Below, in pieces: positions 40,771 through 50,472 of a stretch of DNA of 64,000 nucleotides. How positions within the stretch are numbered: position 1 is the stretch's first letter; each line of letters begins with the position of its first letter. The notes under the pieces are model-generated. The model ran no database searches. It was given only the letters and a program-made list of their open reading frames with translations, and was not told the origin of the DNA. Source of the DNA: Hydrolagus colliei (taxonomy: Eukaryota); contig CM068754.1 in NCBI GenBank assembly GCA_035084275.1, forward strand, positions 10,168,001 through 10,232,000. The letters are read 5' to 3'. The position numbers and the translations under genes are program-made.

Positions 40771-41944
40771 TGATCAGAGAGGCTGTTGGGTTTGTTGGAT
40801 TGAGCAGGTGAATGCAAGTGCATCAGTGAGCATATTAGTGAACGAGAGAAAAGCCAGCAATTTAGCCTATTCTGAAGCAAATCCAAATTAGTGCAATGGC
40901 ACAGATTACACAGGTCGTAAATATAAATCAACTGTTACCCTGCCACAGCATGAGAAACTATTTAGATGTTACTCATTAGATAACACAACCTGGACTTTGA
41001 AAACCTCGCTGCAGCCTTTAAGCAGAAATGTGGGCCTTTTTTTTTAACATGTTTGTTGACATAACAATCATATTTGTATTTGTAAACTACAGAAAGAAAT
41101 GCCTCGGATCTTTTCTTCACTCAATCTCTGCTCTTTGATGCCTGTGTAAATCATTTGCTTAATTGTTAATTATTAATGTAAATATTAGCCAGATGGAATC
41201 CAGTTCTTTTAATAAATTTTATTATTATTTTTTAAAAAGCAGGAAACCTTTGATTGCACAATATTTGTGCTGGAGTTCTCTAGTTCTGCAACACCATCCA
41301 GTTAAATCGATTTTGTTTCGGATTTATGTTGACCCATAATTCTGTTCTGAGTCAATGAATAACCATCACATATCAAAAGGTCCCACCTCTGGTTTGCAAA
41401 TCCTTGCTCAACTTGAGACTACGCAACTGTTTCAGAAGCACGAAACCACTTTTCAGGTACTATTTTACCAATTTTTAATACATTTTTAGTGGAAATGCTA
41501 CCGAGAGAGGGAAGTTGTAGATAAAACAGCAGCCAAACGTCCCGACCAATATAATGGGAAAACAACTAGAGTATTTAGTTTGTTTCTCAATACGATGCCT
41601 TGAACTAAATACTGCACTTTGGCACCAAAGTGCAAACACTGTTTCAGGCTCTGGATTTGATTTCCTCTCTTAGAGAAACTAATATCATTCTGTGGTAATG
41701 TGCAGAGATATACATGGCTAAGAAGCAATTGGTTGATGGTATTGCAAGATTTAGTCCTATTTTTCTGGGTTAAATACTATCATACTTGTCATATGTAATA
41801 ACTTTGGATGTTTGGGATAACAATTTAGGAGACTGCGGTTCAGAATTTGTGTTAAAACTGGGATCTGCTGCGTTTATTTGCAGATTAAAACATTAAAATA
41901 TTTCTTTTATTTCTCATTCATCAAGATTCAGACTTCACATTACC

Positions 41945-42075
41945 ATGTCTATGGTCTGTTTGGCCGACTTTGAAGCCCACGCTAAAAGGTGTTTACCTAG
42001 AGCTGTGTGGGATTTCTATGCTGGCGGTGCAGATGACTGTGAATCCAGGAACAGGAACTTGAGTGCTTTCAAAAG
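41945..42075 (+). CDS. HAO2: HAO2-like coding exon 1
   Basis: acc[34 protein letters not shown]...SAFKR, donor AG|GTTTGT. Confidence 0.92.
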
Positions 42076-45000
42076 GTTTGTATTTCTGCAGGTATTTATA
42101 CAGATGCTGCCTATTAATATAGGCAGGATCCACAGTAGCTAAGGCTATTAATAAAACAAACACGACAATCAATGATCCCACTTCCTCAGCTGAACAATTG
42201 TTTTATTGTTTATTTTTTTCTGATACGATATGTTTGCTTGAGTTGAACTTACGCATCATTGAAAACATGTCTCCCCATCTATATTCCATTGTAAATCAAA
42301 CTGTTTATATTATTTTTTCTACTTTTTTGTTTAGCTAGTGAGTGCTGATAGTAATAGCCAGGAAACTGGCTTGAAACAATTACCAAGCTTGACCATGTGA
42401 GGGAGCTGAATTTAACATCAAGAGATTCAATTGTTAACAAGAGATGTTTCAGGGATTCTGTTCGATTGTCATGTCAATTTACCTTTGTTACACTATCAAA
42501 ATTGATAGCTGTTGCAAGCCAGTTCTCAACCCGATATCACCTTTAACAAGACGATGCCCAGAAATCAAGAGAAATGGGGAAAGTAAAGCAAACCTAATAA
42601 CATCTCAACTGAACTGTTTTAAACTTTAAACTACGACGACCTTGTCGTGTTTTATTTCAGATTAAAACATTAAAATATTTATTTTTCCTCATTCACCAAG
42701 ATTCAGACTTCACATGATCCATGTCTATGATCTGCTAGAATTTCTACCATCTATAGCAATAGGGAAAATTCAAGCCACCTTTTTAAATGAAGATATCAAG
42801 TTTTAAAAAAACTTGGAAATATAATGCAAGATGTTCTAAAATCCCCATTTAATTATGGAAATATTCTATTACATGCTGATTCACTTTGTGTTGTACATTC
42901 CTGTCGTTCATCACTAGATTCTCAATACAATTACAATACTTGGAAATTATTTGAGGGGGTGGGGGAGAAGATTTGTTGCCTAATTTAAACTGTACTTTTC
43001 TAGAAAGAAATCTGGAAATATTACAGTGACAGGAAAAATTATGTTTGGATGAAGATAATGGACGGTAGGAACAGCATAGGATCAATGAAGTTTCACTGGT
43101 TGTTGGATGAATTTATTCAGAGAATTGTTAGGATTTCCAGTCGCGAGAGTTCAAAATAATGACCCAATTATTTGGGTCATATTGATTTATTGATTGCAAG
43201 CAATTTTAGAATGATAGAATAAAAGAGTAAATAATCATACTACCAGTTCTATGTAGAATACAATGCTGCATTCAGGCTGTTACATCATAAGTCAGGTTCA
43301 GGCTCCTCACAATACTCACTCCTTCTAACTTTCCTTCTAACTTTTCTTCTCTAACTGACCTTTCTTTGCCTGTGAAACAAAACAACTGGAACCATGACCC
43401 ATTCCAGTAGTTCTGGACAACAGTGGCAGGCTGGAGATCTCGGTTTACCCTGACACTCGCCAACTGTTGTAATGAGCCACTCTTTCACTCCTATGTTTAT
43501 ACTTCCCCACCAGCCTTATCATAACTAACTCAGTTATTGGCACGGACCGGTACCCAAGGTTGTCTTAGCGCAGAGGAATGTGCACCTGGTATTTTGTGTA
43601 GACAAGTTTTTTTCTCCCTTTTGCTCAAGGTTGCTGACTATGCCTATGTTGTGGAAAGATTGTTTTAAGGTGCCTGATTAGAACTAACTTTAATTCATTT
43701 TTAATACCTCCATATCCCAACAGAATGGAGTGACTGTTTTAGGTATTCGGCCAGGAGATTTATATTCTGGTTTAAGCATAAATGTCTTATATTAAAAGTT
43801 GGGTTTCTGCATGTCCAGAAAAATCTGATGTACAGGGGATGGAATGATGTAATGTACCCATTAAAAATAAATTTATGACCATAATTCAGTTCAGGAGAAC
43901 CAATGTCCTACTCCAAGAGTAGAGGCTGAACAGGTTATTAATGTTAATAATTTCTTCCATTTTTAATTCATAAAAAGTGTCAGCTTTCTTACTGTTGCCT
44001 TATAGTTGGGAAAGAAGTGCAACTCCAGTGGTACCATTTGCTGACTGGCTGCAGAAATACTACCTGGGCACTGCTAACACGTTGAGGAGTGGAATGGGCT
44101 AAGAGTGGAGAGAGAAAGAGAGAGAAGCTGTCAAGTTCACTCCAACCACATTGAAAAGGCTGATTGCATTTTCTTGACTGCTGCTGGAGGGATTCTAGTT
44201 GGTGTAATTTGGATGCCAGAGACTTTAAAGCAAACAATGACACCAATGGTACCATTTCTTTAACTTGAAGCATATTTATAATTTGATGGTAGTTTATGAG
44301 ATCACCGAGAAGATTATAAGCTAAGACAGTAGTAATATATAATGCTATAATTAGGATTCAAATATTCCCAGAAGGCTGAGAATTTTAAAGAAATACGTTT
44401 TGATTTCCATAATTGCCTTTATTTGTAATATCTGTAGAATAATACAAGTTACAGAGAAGATCTTTTCATGTCGCTTTATTCCAATATTGGTTTATTCATA
44501 AGAATGTTTTTTTTTCAGAATCCACCTGCATCCCCGGGTGTTGAGAGATGTTTCCATGGTAGACACAAGCACAATTATACAGGGTTCTGCTCTCAGCTTT
44601 CCTATAGGAATTGCCCCCACAGGCCTTCACAGCCTGGCCTGGCCTGATGGAGAAGTCAACACTGCCAAAGGTAAGTGACAGACCCTGCCTTCAAATTAAT
44701 TCTGATTTTGTTGATCATTGCAAAAAAAAAGTCCTCAAATTCCACTGTCTTAATTTTTAAAAACAGAACACCATTAAGTCTGAAAATTTAAGAATGCACA
44801 ATATTTTGTAATTTTCTTTAAAATTCAGTATCAGTTTGGAAGCTGTTTCTCTTCAGCTATTTCAGAAAACCAGCTTCTGAATAACACTAGACTGTTTGCA
44901 AAAAAAATCTTTGAACTGTGTGCTAAAAAATAACGTGTTAGATGCACCAATGCATATTTGGATGGTTGTCAATTTTAGACGTTGCTTTTAGATATAATTG

Positions 45001-48000
45001 AACGCATTTGGCAAAGTGTGATATGAGTACAGAGACATCCTACAAATTTTGTCTAGTTGTATACTAATTCTCTTCATCAGACAACGAACTCTTTGCACAA
45101 TGGTTATATTAACAGTAGCTGTAGAGTGACTTTGTATAGTAGTCTTAGCTTTTAGGCATTTTTAAAAAAATCACTGATGCTTCAAGTGCGTTTGGTTATA
45201 TAGAGTAAAACTGTGAATTAGCATTGTTTACATCCACACATGTTGAAAACTGTTCATGACAAAAATAATTGGAAGTTGTGCCTTGCAGCTGCAAAGGCCG
45301 TGAATACGTGCTACATTGTGAGTACATATGCCACATGCTCTGTGGAGGAAATTGCTGCGGTTTCCACCTCTGCCTGCTACTGGTTTCAGCTGTACATTTT
45401 CAAAAGACGTGTGGTAACTGAGCAGCTGGTGAAGCGAGTCAAGTCTCTGGGGTACAAAGCTCTTGTGTTGACTGTGGATTTGCCCTACATTGGCAAGAGA
45501 AGACAGGACATCTTAAACCACTTAAAAATCCCTACCCACCTGGCTCTTAAAAACTTTGAAGTATTTAAGGCAAGTAGATAGAGATCACTCCCAATTCTCA
45601 ATTAACATTTTAAAGTCGTATGATGTAATGGATAATTATTAGTCAGTCTTATCTATGACGTACCATTGGGGAGCTGTGGATCATGAGGTATAGGTTTCAA
45701 CACCCATTGTTTTTCTCATTAGGGAAACAATATATGGTGTACAAATACAACCCTTCTATTCACTTATTCATGCAATAATTTGGCTCTATTTTTACCACCC
45801 CGGATAAACTGTGGAAGTTAAGTTTGTGCAATACAAATGTAACAGACTGATCATAATCAAGATGATACTTTACTGACTGTGGTAGTTTTATCAACTATCT
45901 GACAAGAAACATCCATCATGGTGGGTTTAAAAATCTTGGTGTGATATTTTGCTATTCCTCAAATGGGTAGCTCGGTAAGCAGCAAAATCAATGGCAAGCT
46001 ATGCGGTTTTAGCTGGCTACACTCCAGCAGTACCCCAACCACACTCTGGAGTCACCAAGCCTTGGCTCTTGCCAACCTGTGGCTATTATTTTCTGGAATT
46101 AGTTAAGCAGGATGCATCCCTCCAGGGAGCGAGTGTGCATTGCATTCCAGTTTCAAAAACCTATCCATGTGTAGGTGGGATGCATGGGAATCTCAGGTTG
46201 GTTTGGATACTCTTAAGCATGGCAATGGGTATCTGCATGTGTCAGGGTCGGGGAGGTGGGAATGCGTGGGTGTGGTATTCATCAGGTATCAAGGAAAATT
46301 TACATCTGTGTCACGGGATCCAGAGTGTTCCCTCTAGCGTTCTGATCAGTGCTTTAGATAGCTTAATTCCTCGGTGATTGATTCCATTTGTACTTTACAT
46401 TTTTAGGAAAATCCTTAAGCTAAAAGTTGCAAAAGAAAAGGTTGTAAAAAGCAAAGATGCCATGTTCATACATTACCTTTTATAAAGTGCAACTGCAATA
46501 TCTTTGGGAGATATGGAAGAGTGTGTGAAATATTGATTCAGAGTTCAATATATTTCTCTATTAATGAACTGTCTGTTATATTAGAGACCGTAGCAGAAAT
46601 GACATAAATACTGCATTTTGCAATGAAACGCTAACTATTGTACAGTGAATTTTGCCTTTCCTTAACAAAAAAGTTGGTTATATATTTAATATATATTATT
46701 ATTAATATAGTATTTTAATTGAATTAAAATATATAATCAAAATGAAATAGATTGTCTTAAAATAACACTGACCTATTTCGGGATTTCATGTGACATAAGG
46801 TCTCTAGAGATTAAATCTGGTGCCAGTGACGTGCCCGAAGGACATGACTGAATCTGGTTCCAATTTCTTCATCCACACAGTAGGGCTTGAATATAATAAG
46901 TGTCTGATCAGTGGAGTACTAGGTAACCGTTGCCTGGGAAACCTGTATTTTTGTTGTGTTTTCAACAATGCCATGCGAAAACCAAGGATAACATAAATAT
47001 ATTTATACAATAGTTTTATTGGCAACACTATTGATAGTTTTATTATTTAGGAAGTACTTCCTTGCAAAGATGTTCATATGCATTTTAAATTCTAATCACT
47101 ACTATTTTTATGATTATTTTTCTATGCAATGGCAGAATTCTGATCCACTCATCCACCCAAACCATATCATGCAGTCAATTCGCATTAGAGTACACTCTGT
47201 GAAGCGCTTTGAAACAGATTATATTATATTGCTCACATGCTGCCCCTGTATCGCAGAATGACGTGGATAGTCTTGGCAACAATGGCCTACACACTGATCT
47301 CATAGACCCATCTATTAGCTGGAAGGATATTCAATGGCTGCAATCTCTGACTGACCTTCCAATCATCCTGAAGGGCATCTTGACAAGAGAGGATGCTGAG
47401 CTAGCAGTAAGGCATGGTGTACAAGGAATCATTGTGTCTAATCATGGAGGGCGACAACTTGACGGAGTACATGCAACTGTAAGTTTATAGAATGGATTAT
47501 TTTATTTTCCTTTTAATTGGTTCATTATCTCTTCTTGAGATTACACCTCAGGATGTATAGGCAAAATCCTAGAATAAGTCAAACTACAACAACAACAAAC
47601 AAAAACATTGCACTTATACAATTACCCTACAGCATGTTTGCTTGACTGGAAACAAAGATTGGTTGGTGAAATGATTCCAGATTTTTGAACAGGTTGTGTG
47701 CTTGCACAGATAATTATTTGTTGCAAAAATAGATGTACTTTTTCTTTTACAGATAGGAGTTCTTTCAGAGGTTGTAGAAGCTGTGAAAGGTCGTATTGAA
47801 GTCTATTTGGATGGGGGAATTCGAAGAGGAACTGATGTGCTGATAGCATTAGCACTTGGAGCAAAGTGTGTTTTCCTTGGTCGACCAATAATTTGGGGTT
47901 TGGCGTATAAGGTAACTCAGGCTTACTCTCTCCACATCATCATTTGTGGCCACATTTTCAGATTCTATACCCCTGACCTAACTGCCCTTCCTTTTAAGTC

Positions 48001-50410
48001 CCTCTTTATCTGTCTTGCCTTAAAACATGCTGCTTTGACCAGGACTTATGGTTGTCTATTCCTCCCCGCTTTCCACTTATCCAACTTTATACCTTACCAC
48101 AACTGCTGTTGATGCTTTTTCTTGGTTATCAAATGCAAGGATGATTATTATTATTTATATAACCTGCCATAAGATATACTTGAGTAGGCCAGAGAAGAAC
48201 ACTTTACAGCCAGTTATAGAAATACTTCTATTTACTATGGGAATTACAATGTCAAACATTTTTGTGTTCCAGCGCCTTGGGACGTCCTCCCGACATGAAA
48301 GGCATGCTACAAACGTAATTTTTTTGTTTTTTGTTGTTTTTTTTAAAAAATGCTTTCGTATGCAAATGGACAGCCAATTAATGGATAGTAAAGTTGCCAA
48401 ACAGGTGAATGATCAATTTTATTTGGAGGATTGTTGGCTATGACATGGGAAGAAACACACTTTTCTTTTTTTAAATAGTGCCATGGGATGTTTTACCTGA
48501 ACAGGCAGATGGATCCTCAGTTTAATGTTTGATCCAAAAGGTGGGCCATCTTGATCTTGCAACACTCCACTCAGCACTGTGTTAGTCTGTCAGTTTGGAC
48601 TTTACACTCTAAAAGTCTCAACAAGGGACACAAATCCACAACCATCTGTCCCAGAGAGAGGTTGCTATTAAGTGAGCCAAGACAACAGTTGTCTTCAGTA
48701 TAAACAATATATTTTGTGTTTTGTTTTATATTTAATTCACTGCTAGTTCTCTTCTAGGAATGCCTACTTTGAAGAAGTTTTGCTCTTCTCTCCGACGTGA
48801 CTTTTGAACTTCCCTTTTACCCTGCTGACCTTCTTTGCTATCTGTTTCCCCTCTTGTGTTTGATGATGCACAATTGACCGGTTACCGCTCGATTGTCCAA
48901 AGGTTCGTTAGTCCGAAGCTTCCCCTAACCCTAACCTTTGGACTAATGAACCTTCGGACTATCGCACCAAATGTTCCGCTTAACAAACCTTATTTCATTG
49001 GCGGTTCAGACTATCGAGCGGTAACCATTGTAACCGCCCCGGGTATAGGAAATTTGTGTGTTCGGACCATCGAACCTTCAGACTTATGAACTTTCGGACT
49101 ATCGAGTGCCCCCCCCAATTGACCTGCCTCTTACAGAATTATGTGTTTCATTGGAAACATTAAGCTCTAACATCAACAAAACATCAATGTATTCTGACTC
49201 TGGTAACATTCTCCCAGAGTTGGCAGGATGTAGAATTATGTCCCTGCCAATGATTCTCTATAGCTGGGGGATGAGCAGGTTAAAGTGTTCATTGGAGTAT
49301 CCATGTATTTTCAGCTGCATGTAGTAGTTTCTAAAGTGCATATAACTCCTTTAAACATGTTCCTACAATGATCATTATCTGAGGTAAAATATTATCAAAT
49401 GGAAGAGACCAGCTGAGGAATAACAAAGCCAGAAAATGTGCAAAAAGCACAAACTAGAAATGTACAAAAGGTCAGTCAGTCAATCAGCTGCTGAAAGAGA
49501 AAGAAGGATTCATGTTTCAGGAAGGACGTCAACAGAAATGGGATCATATGTTAATTACAAACTTGTGTATCAGTTTGACTTTCAAAAGAATGTATGAATG
49601 TTCAGATTGCATCAACTTCAGATCAATGGGAAATAAAATATAGTGGAGTCTTACTAGAAAGAAAGACATTGTTTTGCAAATTAAGAATACTGTACTCCTA
49701 ATTTGGGCTAATACCTTCTCATACCTTCTATTTTACACTAGGCTCAAATTAAAGTTCAATGAAAGAAACAAAACTTGTTTAAAGTTCATTTCTCACACTT
49801 TTTAACAGGGCGAAGAAGGAGTCAAAGATGTGCTTCAGACTTTAAAAGATGAGTTTCATACAGCAATGGCTTTATCTGGTATGAATTTTCTACAGATCAA
49901 TTTTTAATAAGCTTTTCAAGATAATTCTTTGTCATTTACTCAAAGTAATAATCCTTGCATTTGCTTAGGCACTTTTGACATCATCTAAGCATCTCAAAGC
50001 GCTTCCCATAATATGCCATATAGTGAATTGACTATATATTTGTGGCAGCCAATTGCGCATGGCAGTGTCACACAAACAGTTGTGGATTTAAATGACCAAT
50101 TTATTATTGGGGTTTTTCAAGGGATTATTAGGCATGTGGAGTTAGGAAACCTGCCCGAGGTTTCGTCCTTGAAAGATGAGTGATTCTGATTCATCTGGGA
50201 TTTTGAAATACAAAATTAAGTTTGTGTATTGTTATACACTTATAAGAGCCCTGGGACGGCCTACCGATGTGAAAGGTAATGTATAAATGTAAGTTTATAT
50301 TGTATTCGTAATATGATTCTCATTTTTCAGTTCATTTTTTTTTCCATATTGCAGGATGCAAAAGTGTCTCTGAGATTGACCGGAGCCTTGTACAGATTGC
50401 AAAGCTTTAA
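41945..50410 (+). CDS. HAO2: Hydroxyacid oxidase 2-like (FMN-dependent 2-hydroxyacid oxidase, peroxisomal), 7 coding exons (whole-gene span)
   Basis: Exons 41945-42075, 44519-44670, 45289-45569 (or -45560), 47257-47478, 47753-47911, 49809-49878 and 50355-50410 join in phase with no stops. Motifs: [63 protein letters not shown]-terminal AKL (PTS1). Orthology to HAO2 versus a paralogue is unresolved (see findings). Confidence 0.93.
44519..44670 (+). CDS. HAO2: HAO2-like coding exon 2
   Basis: 152 nt, [18 protein letters not shown]...[24 protein letters not shown], tttcag| and |GTAAGT. Confidence 0.93.
45289..45569 (+). CDS. HAO2: HAO2-like coding exon 3
   Basis: [22 protein letters not shown]...WFQLY...[12 protein letters not shown]...KNFE(VFK); 3' end either AAG|GCAAGT (45569) or GAA|GTATTT (45560). 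Confidence 0.88.
47257..47478 (+). CDS. HAO2: HAO2-like coding exon 4 (catalytic His)
   Basis: 222 nt, ...[58 protein letters not shown], |GTAAGT. Confidence 0.93.
47753..47911 (+). CDS. HAO2: HAO2-like coding exon 5
   Basis: 159 nt, [53 protein letters not shown]. Confidence 0.94.
48370..48682 (-). mobile_element. Decayed DeuSINE-like element in an HAO2-like intron
   Basis: aatagtgccatgggat...aggcagatggatcctcagtttaatg...cactccactcagcactg; reverse homologue of 420-535. Confidence 0.55.
48880..49106. mobile_element. MITE-like foldback with ggttaccgctcgat inverted ends and internal ttcggactatcgaacc-like units
   Basis: GGTTACCGCTCGAT at 48880 versus ATCGAGCGGTAACC ending at 49026; CCCTAACCCTAAC in the loop. 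Confidence 0.6.
49809..49878 (+). CDS. HAO2: HAO2-like coding exon 6
   Basis: 70 nt, [23 protein letters not shown], taacag| and G|GTATGA. Confidence 0.93.
49945..50170 (-). mobile_element. SINE (5'-truncated) in the last HAO2-like intron
   Basis: Reverse complement of the family body and tail. Confidence 0.82.
50355..50410 (+). CDS. HAO2: HAO2-like last coding exon
   Basis: [18 protein letters not shown], ttgcag| acceptor, PTS1 AKL. Confidence 0.92.
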
Positions 50411-50448
50411 CAGAATGATCGGAATTTAGAAGCGTGGATGGATTTCAA

Positions 50449-50472
50449 AATAAATGAAGCTTTTGAAATAAA
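50449..50472 (+). terminator. Candidate polyadenylation signals of the HAO2-like gene
   Basis: AATAAA at 50449-50454 and 50467-50472, shortly after the stop codon. Confidence 0.45.
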
